DNA from: Promethearchaeia archaeon
GTDB taxonomy: Archaea > Asgardarchaeota > Lokiarchaeia > Sigyniarchaeales > SOKP01
Length of the DNA stretch: 28,998 nt
NCBI GenBank assembly: GCA_029856105.1
Contig: JAHQWH010000135.1
Coordinates: 1 to 28,998 of the forward strand
Direction: 5' to 3'
Part shown: positions 17,110 to 27,387 of the stretch, piece after piece
How the letters are laid out: the number at the start of each line of letters is the position of its first letter
Numbering within the stretch: the first letter of the stretch is position 1
Made by a program: the position numbers and the translations under genes
Notes under the pieces: model-generated
What the model was told of the DNA's origin: nothing
What the model saw: the letters and a program-made list of their open reading frames with translations, nothing else
Database searches by the model: none

Positions 17110-18228
17110 TTAACCATAATTTTCAGTCATATAGTTATCAAAATGTTGTAAGGCATCAGGTAAGTTCTTTCGACCAAATCCAATTCTAAAATGAGATGTT
17201 CCATAATCAAATTTAGTGCTTGGCATCAATAGCACACCCTTTTTTTCTAATAAATCAAGACAAAATTCTTCAATATCTTGTTCAATTAACAGCCTTGGAA
17301 AAGCAATCGAACCTGCTTTAGGTCTCACCCAAGCTACATATTTACAATATTTTTCGAAAAATTTATCCAGGAGGTTCAGATTTTTATTAATAATGTCCAA
17401 ATTCCTGTTAATAATTTTGTCTTTATTACGTAAAGCCAATATTGAAAAAAACTCGCTTAAAGCACTATTGCAAATAGTAGTATAATTCTTGAAAGAAGCG
17501 ATTTTTTTGAAAAGTGCTTTATTTTTTGTTGCAATCCATCCAATTCTTAACCCAGCAAGGCCAAATGCTTTTGACATCACATTTATTGATATTCCTTTTT
17601 CGTAAAGGTCGCAAGCAGATGGTAATCTGTCGGCTTTTTTATACTCCAAAAATTTATAAACCTCGTCAGAAAGAACATAAATATCGTTTTCTTTAGCTAT
17701 TTTAAATATTTTTTCGTAATTTTCTTTTGAAATGAGGTACCCTGTTGGATTATGTGGAAAATTTACAACAATACATTTAGTAGAATTTTGGATGTTTGAT
17801 TCTAAAAATTTCAAATCAAGTTCCCAATTGTTCTCATCACTCATTATCCACTTAGTTACCTTACATCCTATAGCGTTAGCGATTTCGTATAGCGATTGAT
17901 AAGCAGGATATTGAACGATCACATGATCTCCTTTCTTTAATAAAACATTCATAAAAACAAATATTCCTTCTTGAGCTCCAGAAAAAACGTTTATCTCTTC
18001 TGGTTTGATGTCGCTATACAATTTAGAGATTTCTTCTCTTAATAAAGGATTGCCAAGAGATTCAGTATAACCCAGCCAAACCTTTTTAAGTTCTCCTAAG
18101 GAATCCTTTTCTAAAGTTAATAGTTCCTCTACGCTAAATGATTCGCAGTCTGAAGAACATAACGAGTATTCAACTGTAAATTCATACTTAGCAAAATATT
18201 CTTCTAACTTGAAGTCCTTAATTCTCAT
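17110..18228 (-). CDS. PLP-dependent aminotransferase, class I/II
   Basis: NFPHNPTG, SDEVY, MSKAFGLAGLRIGW (PLP Lys), FRIGFG. Confidence 0.93.
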   Translation of the reverse strand: MRIKDFKLEEYFAKYEFTVEYSLCSSDCESFSVEELLTLEKDSLGELKKVWLGYTESLGNPLLREEISKLYSDIKPEEINVFSGAQEGIFVFMNVLLKKGDHVIVQYPAYQSLYEIANAIGCKVTKWIMSDENNWELDLKFLESNIQNSTKCIVVNFPHNPTGYLISKENYEKIFKIAKENDIYVLSDEVYKFLEYKKADRLPSACDLYEKGISINVMSKAFGLAGLRIGWIATKNKALFKKIASFKNYTTICNSALSEFFSILALRNKDKIINRNLDIINKNLNLLDKFFEKYCKYVAWVRPKAGSIAFPRLLIEQDIEEFCLDLLEKKGVLLMPSTKFDYGTSHFRIGFGRKNLPDALQHFDNYMTENYG

Positions 18229-18262
18229 TTCATTAAAGAATTAAGATTGGTAAGATTTAAAA

Positions 18263-19078
18263 CTAGGTAACATCGATAATTTTTTCAATTTGTTTGATTG
18301 ATTTTTCTACATATTCATTATCATTTATCGTGAGTTCGATAGCATTTTGGGGGCAAAATTCAACGCACCGACCACACCCCCTACATTCTTCACTAATTTC
18401 AGCACGATTATTAATTATATGAATCGCATCAACAAAACAAATTCCCTTCAAACAGGTTCCGCATCCGATACACCTTTCAGTCACCTTTACACTTACTCCC
18501 GGCATTTTGTGTACTTTGGAGCCAATCTTAGGCGCCAAAACAGGGGCGATACGCCATAGGCAACAGCAAGGGCAGCAGTTACAAATACTGAGGAGTTTTA
18601 AACCCGGGCTTACGCCAAGCCATTGTTTATCTAATCGATTTCTTCCTATCATATGCACTAAACCAGCTTCTTTACATTTTTTTATATGGTCTAGTGCTTC
18701 TTCTTTTGTGACAAGTCGCCCTAATTGAGGATTAATACCTAAAACGGCTTCTCCCAGAAATAAACAGCCTAGATTAATAGGATAGTCTTTACATTGCATT
18801 GATTCTCTACAAATGCATACATTCATTATCCAGTGATATTTAGCTTTATTAATGAAATAATCTAAAACCTTCGAGGGTAGGACCATGTCCGATTCCTTCT
18901 CTACTTCTATATTAATAGAAATTATTTTATCTTGCGTTAAATAAAAAATATTATCTCCTTTAAACAGCAAAAAGTCAATAAATTTTCCAACGATTGGAAC
19001 TCTTGTTAATTTTGCTATTAATTTAATATTAGGAAAAGTTTTTTCCAGCAAATTTACGAACCATAACGGTCTCGCCAT
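18263..19078 (-). CDS. 4Fe-4S dicluster (ferredoxin-domain) protein with Cys-rich CNCCPCCC motif
   Basis: CICR...C...C, CNCCPCCC, CIGCGTCLKGIC and CRGCGRCVEFCP motifs. Confidence 0.88.
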   Translation of the reverse strand: MARPLWFVNLLEKTFPNIKLIAKLTRVPIVGKFIDFLLFKGDNIFYLTQDKIISINIEVEKESDMVLPSKVLDYFINKAKYHWIMNVCICRESMQCKDYPINLGCLFLGEAVLGINPQLGRLVTKEEALDHIKKCKEAGLVHMIGRNRLDKQWLGVSPGLKLLSICNCCPCCCLWRIAPVLAPKIGSKVHKMPGVSVKVTERCIGCGTCLKGICFVDAIHIINNRAEISEECRGCGRCVEFCPQNAIELTINDNEYVEKSIKQIEKIIDVT

Positions 19079-19153
19079 TTTATCTTCAAACCTACTAATT
19101 CTAAAATATTTTAATTTTAATTTCTAATAATCTGTAAGAAAAATTAAACTAAT

Positions 19154-21037
19154 TTAATAAAACATTGTATCTAGTTTTTCTTTCAATTTATGCGGTGGAA
19201 ATTTAGGCTCTCTATCGAAAGTTAATAAACCATTAATTTCTTGAAATTGATCGTAAAGCTCAGTATAACAAAATCCATGAATCCATTCCTTTCTTGCGTC
19301 GAATTCTTTAAGTAATGCTATTACTCTTTCAAATAAAATTTCAGAGTCTTCTATTAATCCACCATAACCCCATTTCTTTTCAACTTTTTCTTTGAAATCA
19401 TAACCAAATCCTCCTATTTCACTGTAAATAATAGGTTCACCTTTGTATTCATATGTTTTTAAATAGGTTTTTGGAACCGAAACTTCATGGCTCCTAATTT
19501 CTTCTTCTAATGTTGCTGGTAAAAAGTTAGTTGTCGAATAAAAGTGTCGGGTACACACATCATTATTCTCCGTATGCCACCATCCATCGTCATCTATAAT
19601 TAATCTAGTAGGATCAATTGATTTTATTAAAAAATATAATGAAGATGTATAATAACCTCTTTTTGGATCCCTTTCGGCTCCAGAGACGCCCCAACCTTCA
19701 TTCAAGGGTGCCCAAACAATAATCGAAGGATGATTATAATCTCGCTCAACTTCAGCTACAAATTCGTTAATAAGTTTAAGTTGCGATTTCACAGAGAAAC
19801 GGTAAGCATTACCAATCTCTCCCCACACTAAAACGCCCATTTTATCGCACCAATACAAAAATCTAGGATCAAAAGCTTTTTGATGTGTTCTTAAACCATT
19901 AAATCCAAAATCTAAAACATATTGAATATCTTTTTTAATGTGATCATCAGAGGGAGGTGTATATAAGCTATCAGGCCAATATCCTTGCACCAAAAACAAT
20001 TTTTGATATAAGGGTTTATAATTTAGCAAAATTTGCTTATTTTCATTCTCTTTTTCTGATATTGATATCTTTCTCATACCAAAATAACTTGATATCCCGT
20101 CATATATCTCACCTGTTTTCTCATTTTGAATTTTTAATGATAGATCGTATAAATTTGGATTTTCTACATCCCAAAGATGTAATAAATTGTTAGGTATTGC
20201 AACCTTGAATTTAAAACGCGATTGATTCTCATGGAACATATTTTTATGGAAAATTTCGATTCTTTCTTTACTAACTTTCTTATTTTTCTTTTTACCGATT
20301 TTCCCGATAAAATCCAGATTAATTTTATCTTGGGTGATTGTTTGATTATCGAATAAAACTTCTATGATAAGAAATAACTCTGAGAAACCTATCCCATTAA
20401 TATTGATTTCAAAAATAACTTCAGATTTATCTATATCTGGTGTAATTTTTAAATCGTTTATTTGGTACTCTGGAGATAAATATTCCAACCAAACCGTTTG
20501 CCAAATACCAGATACTCTCGGATAAAAGATCGTCTCAATATCGGTTTTCCAGAACTGTTTACCTCTAAGAATCTCAAGATCTTGACTTGGATCTTCTACT
20601 CTAACAACTAAAACGTTAGTGTCTTCAAAATAATCCGTTATATCCAGCGAAAATCCGATATACCCTCCTTCATGAGAGCCTACATAATCGCCATTTAAGT
20701 ATATTACACACCTATTATCAACAGCTCCAAAATGAATTAGCACCTTCTTTTTTTTAAATTGACTTGGGATTTCAAATACTCTTCTATACCATATTACTTC
20801 ATGAAAAGAATTGTCTCCGATCCCACTTAATTTACTTTGGAAGCAAAAAGGAACTATTATTTTCTTATCAAAATTGTTTGCACTCTCTTTAAGGTACCAG
20901 CGTTCAATTAATCCTATATTTTTATCATCAAAAGCAAAGTCCCATTCTCCATTAAGATTTATCCAATTATCTGCTCTTACAAATTGGGGTCTTGGGTATT
21001 CCGGTCTAGGTATGTTTTCTTCGCCTAATTTTTCCAT
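19154..21037 (-). CDS. Glycoside hydrolase family 2 (beta-galactosidase/beta-glucuronidase-like)
   Basis: PRPEYPRPQFVR, LNGEWDF, HFGAVD, HEGGY, SGIWQTVWLE, YNHPSIIVW..NE acid/base, YSEIGG nucleophile, YTELYD. Confidence 0.93.
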   Translation of the reverse strand: MEKLGEENIPRPEYPRPQFVRADNWINLNGEWDFAFDDKNIGLIERWYLKESANNFDKKIIVPFCFQSKLSGIGDNSFHEVIWYRRVFEIPSQFKKKKVLIHFGAVDNRCVIYLNGDYVGSHEGGYIGFSLDITDYFEDTNVLVVRVEDPSQDLEILRGKQFWKTDIETIFYPRVSGIWQTVWLEYLSPEYQINDLKITPDIDKSEVIFEININGIGFSELFLIIEVLFDNQTITQDKINLDFIGKIGKKKNKKVSKERIEIFHKNMFHENQSRFKFKVAIPNNLLHLWDVENPNLYDLSLKIQNEKTGEIYDGISSYFGMRKISISEKENENKQILLNYKPLYQKLFLVQGYWPDSLYTPPSDDHIKKDIQYVLDFGFNGLRTHQKAFDPRFLYWCDKMGVLVWGEIGNAYRFSVKSQLKLINEFVAEVERDYNHPSIIVWAPLNEGWGVSGAERDPKRGYYTSSLYFLIKSIDPTRLIIDDDGWWHTENNDVCTRHFYSTTNFLPATLEEEIRSHEVSVPKTYLKTYEYKGEPIIYSEIGGFGYDFKEKVEKKWGYGGLIEDSEILFERVIALLKEFDARKEWIHGFCYTELYDQFQEINGLLTFDREPKFPPHKLKEKLDTMFY

Positions 21038-21148
21038 GAGAAAAAAAAATATATTATAAATAAAAACTTAACCAAATTTAATATTAATAAAAAATTCTGG
21101 AAAGAAAATAAAGAATTTTTCATTGTTATATAGAATATCTAAAGAAAA

Positions 21149-22192
21149 ATGAACCGGTTGGAATTAACACTCTCAGCGATTAAGGATACGCCCGAGAAGA
21201 TACCCTTTAACCCATTTATTATGCACCTTGCAGCCAGCTTGAACAATGTCGATTATAATCGCGAATACTGCCAAAAACCCGAAATTTTGGCTAAAGCCCA
21301 AACAAAATGCTCTGATATTTTTGGAATTGATCATGTGAATGTATCTACAGACGCATACCGCGAAGCTAACGCGTGGGGCGTGGAAATAGATTGGAAGAGC
21401 CATACACCTGTAGCAAAAACTTACTTGAAAATTGATGAATTTGACTCACTCGAAAAACCAGATTTAAATTCAAATCAGAGAATAATGAACAGAGTTAACG
21501 CAGTCAAACTATTGAACGAAAAAGTTGGAGGTGAACAATGCATTATCGGATGGATAGAGGCTCCCTTTGCCGAAATTTGTTGCCTATTCGATTTGGTAAA
21601 TGTTCTGATGTTATGTAAGCATCAAGATTGGGAAAAAAGGATAAGAAATCTCATAAATCGAATACTACCAATACAAAAAGAGTTTGCTAAAATGCAGATC
21701 GAAGTTGGAGCGAATATTATTGGCGCTGGTGATTCCGCGATATCTCAAATTGGTCCAATGCGGTATGAAAAATGCTGTTTAAAGGCAACGAAAGAACTAT
21801 TCGATGATATTCAGAGTAATATTCCGGTGTTGTATCATGTTTGTGGCGATAATTCGGTGATAGATAAGGAAGGGAGAGACATGCTTAAGTTAATATCAAA
21901 TACAAACGCGGCAATTATAGATTTAGATTATCAAGTAGATTTAAAATTAGCTAAAGAGAAGATCGGGACAAATAATTGTATTAGAGGAAATACTAATACA
22001 CAGATATTGGGAAGCACAACTTATTCAATTAGCGATGTTATTAGCGAAGTAGAAAAAACAATCGAATTAGGAAAACCAGGGGGGATGTTTATGTATGCCG
22101 CAGGATGTGAGTGGCCCTGGGAACCATTTTCTATGGCAAGCAGAAATTTAGGAATTGCAAAAACCTTAGTAGAGAAATTTGGAAAATATTAA
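21149..22192 (+). CDS. Uroporphyrinogen decarboxylase-fold protein, MtaA/CmuA-like corrinoid methyltransferase family
   Basis: EANAWG, GWIEAPF, and Zn-ligand motifs YHVCG (HxC) and AAGCE. Confidence 0.8.
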   Translation: MNRLELTLSAIKDTPEKIPFNPFIMHLAASLNNVDYNREYCQKPEILAKAQTKCSDIFGIDHVNVSTDAYREANAWGVEIDWKSHTPVAKTYLKIDEFDSLEKPDLNSNQRIMNRVNAVKLLNEKVGGEQCIIGWIEAPFAEICCLFDLVNVLMLCKHQDWEKRIRNLINRILPIQKEFAKMQIEVGANIIGAGDSAISQIGPMRYEKCCLKATKELFDDIQSNIPVLYHVCGDNSVIDKEGRDMLKLISNTNAAIIDLDYQVDLKLAKEKIGTNNCIRGNTNTQILGSTTYSISDVISEVEKTIELGKPGGMFMYAAGCEWPWEPFSMASRNLGIAKTLVEKFGKY

Positions 22193-22267
22193 TATTGAAC
22201 TTTTGAGTTAATTTTATAAAGATTTAAGTTAATTTTTTTAAATATTAAAGAAGTGTGTTGATTAGAT

Positions 22268-23230
22268 ATGAAAATTGATATTGAAGTTTTGAAAAAGTTA
22301 GAGAAGTCAATTGATACTTCCGATCCAGAAAAAGGAGAAGTACCGATAAAAATTTTAGGTTACGGTGAAATAAGCCTCGTTTTTGAGCTTTTGAATAACC
22401 CAGAGCAAATAGCCTATAAAAGGATTCCAATTTTTGATAATGAGACGCAAGTCGAAAGACACATTTGGGCATATAACGAATATAATAGACTTTTAAAAGA
22501 AGATGTGGGGCTAAATCTGCCTGAGTACGATGTAGCATGGTTTAAAGACGAAGAGGACAAAATTCAATTTTATTGCGTTCAAGAAAAATTCCCCGCAGAA
22601 TCAGTAGGGAATAGGGTAATTCATCAATTGAGCGATCAAGACATTAAAACTTTAATTCTACTTGTAATGAGAGAAATGAAGAAAGTATGGGATTACAGCA
22701 AAAACTATAATACTATAGATTTAGGATTAGATGGTCAAATATCTAACTTTGCACTTATTGGTTTCGATCCTAACAATCCTAAAGTTGATCTTGATACAAA
22801 ACTAATGTATTTCGATACGAGTACGCCAATGTTTAGGGTTAATGGTAACGAAGCAATGGAAGCTGTCCTATTTTTGAAAAGCGCCCCTTCATTTCTTAGG
22901 TGGTTATTAAAAGCTTTATTTCTTGAAGAAACTGTCGGGAGATATTACGATTGGAGGAAGGTTACAATTGATTTAGTCGCAAATTTCTTTAAGGAACAAA
23001 AACCCGAACTTGTCCCTGAACTGATTAACCTTGTTAATAAATTCTTCGAAGAAGAAGCAGGTGATTTCGAGATTGAGCCGTTAACATTAGAAGAAGTTAA
23101 AAAATATTACAAGAGCGACAGTAGTATGTGGGTTATTTTTCAAAGTGTGAGACGTTTTGATAGATTTCTTAAAACTAAAGTCTTTAAGAAAAAATATGAT
23201 TTCTATCTTCCCGGCAAAATTGAGAGGTAG
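22268..23230 (+). CDS. Conserved hypothetical protein, probable protein-kinase-like fold (resembles DUF6206 family)
   Basis: LGYGEISLV glycine loop, AYKR Lys, GLDGQISNF catalytic-loop-like DxxxxN, YFD. Family name recalled, not searched. Confidence 0.6.
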   Translation: MKIDIEVLKKLEKSIDTSDPEKGEVPIKILGYGEISLVFELLNNPEQIAYKRIPIFDNETQVERHIWAYNEYNRLLKEDVGLNLPEYDVAWFKDEEDKIQFYCVQEKFPAESVGNRVIHQLSDQDIKTLILLVMREMKKVWDYSKNYNTIDLGLDGQISNFALIGFDPNNPKVDLDTKLMYFDTSTPMFRVNGNEAMEAVLFLKSAPSFLRWLLKALFLEETVGRYYDWRKVTIDLVANFFKEQKPELVPELINLVNKFFEEEAGDFEIEPLTLEEVKKYYKSDSSMWVIFQSVRRFDRFLKTKVFKKKYDFYLPGKIER

Positions 23231-23274
23231 ATCGCCAAAAAACTTGTAATATTAATGTTAATTTGGAAATTATC

Positions 23275-23847
23275 ATGATTAGAGCATTTATAGCGATCGA
23301 ATTAAAAGACAAAAAAACGATAGAGAAAATTCAGGCTTTCTCATCTCGATTAAAACAAAATCAGCCCAAACTTAAAGTAGTAGAATCAGAAAACCTTCAT
23401 ATGACCGTAAAATTTTTGGGAAACATCACTGAATCCGTGGCACCAAAAATTTATGAAATTTTGAAAGAAGATGTAAACGAAAGCATGTTTCAAGGAAAAA
23501 CTATTGAATATAGTATTAGAGGAGTAGGTCAATTTAACAAATTCGCTGTTTTATGGGTGAAACTTATTGGAGATGTTCAATTTTTACAGCAAATTAAAAA
23601 TACAATAGAACAACTCTTATCTGAGCGATTGAAAATTCAAAAAGATAAAAGAACGGAATTCAAACCGCATCTTACGATAGGAAGATTGAGAAGGGATAAA
23701 GTAAATTATAAAACTTTTGATGTGCTAAAAAAACTAATTAACGAGAATAAAAATCTCGAATTTGGCCCTTTTAATGTAAGCCATGTAAAGCTAAAAAAGT
23801 CTGTTTTAACGCCTACAGGGCCGATATATTCCGATTTGGTATATTAA
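23275..23847 (+). CDS. thpR: RNA 2',3'-cyclic phosphodiesterase (2H phosphoesterase, ThpR/LigT)
   Basis: MIRAFIAIEL N-terminus, two HxT motifs (NLHMTVKFLG, PHLTIGR), KSVLTPTGPIY C-terminus. Confidence 0.92.
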   Translation: MIRAFIAIELKDKKTIEKIQAFSSRLKQNQPKLKVVESENLHMTVKFLGNITESVAPKIYEILKEDVNESMFQGKTIEYSIRGVGQFNKFAVLWVKLIGDVQFLQQIKNTIEQLLSERLKIQKDKRTEFKPHLTIGRLRRDKVNYKTFDVLKKLINENKNLEFGPFNVSHVKLKKSVLTPTGPIYSDLVY

Positions 23848-24543
23848 ATGAACGAAAAACCTATTAAAGCAATTATATGGGATTTGGACGGTACCTTAAT
23901 ACATTTTAAAATTAACTCGGTTAAAGCTCGAAGGAAGGCTATTAAAGTATTAAGAGTTTATGGGATACCAAAGGAAGACCTTTCAATTGAAATACCTATT
24001 TTAGAAAATGTTAAAATATCCAGAGTAATATTTAATGAGTTAGGGTTTTCTTCCGAAAAAATTAAAGAAATTATTAACGAAGTGAATAACGCCGTAATTC
24101 AAGTCGAACACGAAGCCGCCATTAAAGCGACTTTAACTCAGGGTATAGACCAGGTTTTAGAGTTTGCAAAAAAGAAAAGACTTAAACAAGCTGTTTTTAC
24201 GTATAATACACATAGCAACGCAAGAATTTCACTGGAAACAGCAAGTATCTTTCACTACTTTGAAGTCATTGTAGGTCGTGACGATACTAAAAATCTTAAA
24301 CCGCACCCAGATCATTTAAAACACATATGTGAGGAAATAGATGTAAATCCTGATCAAATTGTTGTTATAGGGGATACCGGGCGAGATATTGAAGCAGCGA
24401 TTAACATAGGATCGCGTTCTATCGCTTTAAACACTAAAATTCCAAATTACTTGAAAAGAGAATTCTTCCAGAAAGCTAATATTATTATCGAACCAGAAGA
24501 AATTCCATCTAAATTAATTGAAGCCCTTGAAAAATTTTTATGA
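23848..24543 (+). CDS. HAD-superfamily hydrolase (phosphoglycolate phosphatase-like)
   Basis: WDLDGTL, FTYN, KPHPD, IGDTGRD motifs. Confidence 0.9.
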   Translation: MNEKPIKAIIWDLDGTLIHFKINSVKARRKAIKVLRVYGIPKEDLSIEIPILENVKISRVIFNELGFSSEKIKEIINEVNNAVIQVEHEAAIKATLTQGIDQVLEFAKKKRLKQAVFTYNTHSNARISLETASIFHYFEVIVGRDDTKNLKPHPDHLKHICEEIDVNPDQIVVIGDTGRDIEAAINIGSRSIALNTKIPNYLKREFFQKANIIIEPEEIPSKLIEALEKFL

Positions 24544-24619
24544 CTAATAAAAATAAATTATAAATACAATTTAATCAATTATTGAAATAATTTTAATTAG
24601 ATATTTAATTTATTAAATC

Positions 24620-24871
24620 ATGAATATTACTTTCAAATTAGATGTTTTGAAACCACACAGTCCCGATAACGAACTAATCGGCCGCACTTTAATGAATACT
24701 GAGAGTGTTATGTATGTACAGATTAAGACAGACGAGATAGACCAAAAAACAACCTCAATTTTTCTAACCGTAAAAGGTACGGAAGATCTTACATTGGATT
24801 CAATAAGTGACATTTTAGAAAGCATGAACTGTGCCCTGCATTCGGTTGATGAAGTTATTATTGAAAAATAA
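24620..24871 (+). CDS. DUF211-family archaeal small protein
   Basis: LDVLKPH and LHSVDEV family motifs. Confidence 0.8.
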   Translation: MNITFKLDVLKPHSPDNELIGRTLMNTESVMYVQIKTDEIDQKTTSIFLTVKGTEDLTLDSISDILESMNCALHSVDEVIIEK

Positions 24872-24947
24872 AATTTTTATTATAACAAGATCCTTAATGT
24901 GAATTCTATTCCTTTAGAGTTCCGTTTAAATGATATAGTTTATAAAA

Positions 24948-25310
24948 ATGTCATCACAAAACCCTCCTAATGTAGTAAAAATTCTCCAAGAACAAGGAGA
25001 GATTAATGACGAATTAGACTACGCAATAATGAGTTATTTGATTAAAAATAGAGGAGCGGGATACACTGCGTGTCAACCGCAGCTTGTTGAGCTTGAGGGC
25101 AATAAAAAAGCAATTAAAATGAATCTTGATAATACTTTTATAGATAGCGATAATCAATTGATGGGATTGGGGATTGTTGGCACCCTATATATAGAATTAG
25201 ATGGTCTACAAGTTATTTACAGCACTTCCTCAGAAGATTTAGTAAAAAATATTGAAAAATTAAAGAACGCAGGAGTTCAACCTCAAACTAGACCAAAAGG
25301 TAAATATTAA
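24948..25310 (+). CDS. Hypothetical protein
   Basis: 120-aa ORF, co-oriented in the gene run, with normal composition. Confidence 0.75.
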   Translation: MSSQNPPNVVKILQEQGEINDELDYAIMSYLIKNRGAGYTACQPQLVELEGNKKAIKMNLDNTFIDSDNQLMGLGIVGTLYIELDGLQVIYSTSSEDLVKNIEKLKNAGVQPQTRPKGKY

Positions 25311-25378
25311 TCTAATTTAGTAATTTTTCTTCTGCTATTTTATTATGTTTTATATCAAATCAAAGATTACGTATAATA

Positions 25379-25909
25379 ATGACTGATAACGAGAGTAATA
25401 TAAAGCAACTAATTCAAGAATATCTATTAGATGAAGGTCTTTTAAGAAAAAAAATTCCAATTGATGATAAGAAACTAGAATTTGGCTTTCAATTTATCTT
25501 CCCACCTAGTCCTATAGCACAAAAAATGGTCGCTTTAAAACCTAAAAGTAAAGATTTAGTTATAATTTCTAACCCAATTCAAATAGCCCCTCAACAGGTA
25601 GATGCCTTAAACGCTTTAGAAGATAACAAAAAATTACAATTTTTCATGGATTTGAGAAAATTTTTTCTAATTCGAGATGTTTTTTTCAGGATCGATACTC
25701 AGAAATTTCGCTACGAAATAAGCGATCAAATTTTCCTTAAAAAAGACGGTACTATTTCAAAAAACTCTTTTTTTAAAAGCATACGTAAGGTATTTACATG
25801 TGCAGCTTATTCAAACATGATTTTAACTGAATATTGTATGGGCAAAATCAAACCCGGAGATTATTCTAAATCTAAAGATTTTACTTCAGATTTCTCTCTA
25901 TATTCATAA
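25379..25909 (+). CDS. Conserved archaeal protein, DUF2299-like
   Basis: IQEYLLDEGL N-terminus and IFLKKDGTISKNSFFKSIRKV C-terminal pattern recalled for this family. Confidence 0.6.
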   Translation: MTDNESNIKQLIQEYLLDEGLLRKKIPIDDKKLEFGFQFIFPPSPIAQKMVALKPKSKDLVIISNPIQIAPQQVDALNALEDNKKLQFFMDLRKFFLIRDVFFRIDTQKFRYEISDQIFLKKDGTISKNSFFKSIRKVFTCAAYSNMILTEYCMGKIKPGDYSKSKDFTSDFSLYS

Positions 25910-25926
25910 CAATTAATCTGATGAGT

Positions 25927-25932
25927 AGGTGA
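25927..25932 (+). promoter_or_regulatory. Shine-Dalgarno AGGTGA preceding a putative ATT start at 25939
   Basis: AGGTGA-aatgta-ATT, the same 6-nt spacing as the RBS at 7029-7033. Confidence 0.6.
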
Positions 25933-25938
25933 AATGTA

Positions 25939-26460
25939 ATTTTCGAGAAGTGGCTACAAGCGTTAGGAAAATTAGATTATGTTCAAGGAAAAGCAAAACC
26001 TGATGTTGATTGTATTTTATGCTCTATCAGAATGAATGACGAAAGAGTAGTTTTATTAAAAATTTACGAAGATGAAATCTGCTTTGTTGTGTTAAACTTA
26101 TATCCCTTCAATCCCGGACATCTCATGTGCGTTCCAAACCGTCATATCACAAAATTTACGGAATTAACTAAAGAGGAGCTTTTACATTTAAATAGAACGA
26201 TTCAAGGTTTACAATTATTACTTGATGAATTATACCATCCAATGGGGTATAATATTGGAATTAACCAAGGAAAAGACGCTGGAGCAAGTATAGAACATTT
26301 GCATTTCCATTTAGTTCCAAGATATGGTTCAGAATTAGGATATATTGATATTGTTAGCAAAACGCGAATTGTCCCTGAGGGATTGGATTCCGTCAGGAAA
26401 AAATTAAAAGATAATATCGACAAATTTCTTAATAAGGAATTTTTTGATAAGTTTGAATAA
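25939..26460 (+). CDS. HIT-family nucleotide hydrolase/Ap4A phosphorylase-like protein (N-terminus extended beyond the ORF-track start at 26032)
   Basis: NLYPFNPGHLM, YNIGINQG..AGAS and HLHFHLVPR. The in-frame upstream region FEKWLQALGKLDYVQGKAKPDVDCILC carries the family CxxC. Confidence 0.88.
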   Translation: MFEKWLQALGKLDYVQGKAKPDVDCILCSIRMNDERVVLLKIYEDEICFVVLNLYPFNPGHLMCVPNRHITKFTELTKEELLHLNRTIQGLQLLLDELYHPMGYNIGINQGKDAGASIEHLHFHLVPRYGSELGYIDIVSKTRIVPEGLDSVRKKLKDNIDKFLNKEFFDKFE

Positions 26461-26481
26461 TTCTTAAAACCAAAAGATTTG

Positions 26482-27387
26482 TTACTTTTTATAATTTAAT
26501 ATAAGAACTTCTTTTATCTCTCCACGTTTGGAAGCTTTACTATTAATAACACGTTTAGCTCTTACTACATTTATAATATAATCTTCGTATAATACCATGA
26601 TACTTTTATGACAAGAATTGCTTAGCATTACTTTACTTCCACGACTTGTCAATGTATCAATCACTTCTTTTAATTCAATTTGATTTTCTTCAGTAAAGTT
26701 TTCTTGTGTATAACTCGTGAAATTGGCTGTTTTTGATAAAGGAATATAGGGAGGATCAATATAAAAAAAAGTATTTTCATTGGCATAATCAACACATTTT
26801 TTAAAGGAATCATGTATGATTTCTACATTTTGTAAAACTTCATGAACAGCTCTCAAATTTTTTTCATGACAAAAATTAGGATTTTTGTATTTTCCAAACG
26901 GTACATTAAATTGACCCTTACTGTTTACTCTATATAATCCATTATAACAACACCTATTTAAGTAAATTGTTCTTGATGCTTTTTCAACATCAGACCATTC
27001 TTTAAATTCTTTAGTCCTATCTACATTTCTGATTGTATAATAATATTCTTCTTCATTCTTATGTAGTTTAAGTAATTCTATTAATTCATCTACACTCTCC
27101 TTAATTACTCGATATGCATTTATTAATACAGGATTATTATCTATTAAAACTGCATTTTCAGGTAGAAGATAAAAAAATAACGCTCCACCCCCCAAAAATG
27201 GTTCAACATAAGCTTCAATATCTTTAGGAAGAAAAGAATCGATTTGACTAAGTAATTGACGTTTTCCACCAGCCCATTTTAGAAAAGGAGAAGGAACATC
27301 AACAATTTTTTTGTTTTTCCTATTAATTTCTCTTTTTAATTTCCATTTAGTTTTTTTATCGTAATATTTTAATATTGAATAGTTCAT
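26482..27387 (-). CDS. dam: Dam/DpnM-family N6-adenine DNA methyltransferase
   Basis: PFLKWAGGKRQL, YVEPFLGGG, YLNRCCYNGLYRVNSKGQFNVPFG, DPPY. Confidence 0.93.
   Translation of the reverse strand: MNYSILKYYDKKTKWKLKREINRKNKKIVDVPSPFLKWAGGKRQLLSQIDSFLPKDIEAYVEPFLGGGALFFYLLPENAVLIDNNPVLINAYRVIKESVDELIELLKLHKNEEEYYYTIRNVDRTKEFKEWSDVEKASRTIYLNRCCYNGLYRVNSKGQFNVPFGKYKNPNFCHEKNLRAVHEVLQNVEIIHDSFKKCVDYANENTFFYIDPPYIPLSKTANFTSYTQENFTEENQIELKEVIDTLTSRGSKVMLSNSCHKSIMVLYEDYIINVVRAKRVINSKASKRGEIKEVLILNYKK

Noticed and set aside
25930-25932. In-frame TGA as a selenocysteine codon
   Set aside because: It is not at a conserved Cys position, no SECIS-like hairpin was recognised, and it is better explained as part of the RBS.
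23275-26460. ThpR 2',3'-cyclic phosphodiesterase and HIT genes as dedicated partners of the histone intron
   Set aside because: These are common archaeal housekeeping genes 2-5 kb away on the other strand. No EndA or RtcB is in the window, and proximity alone is not evidence.
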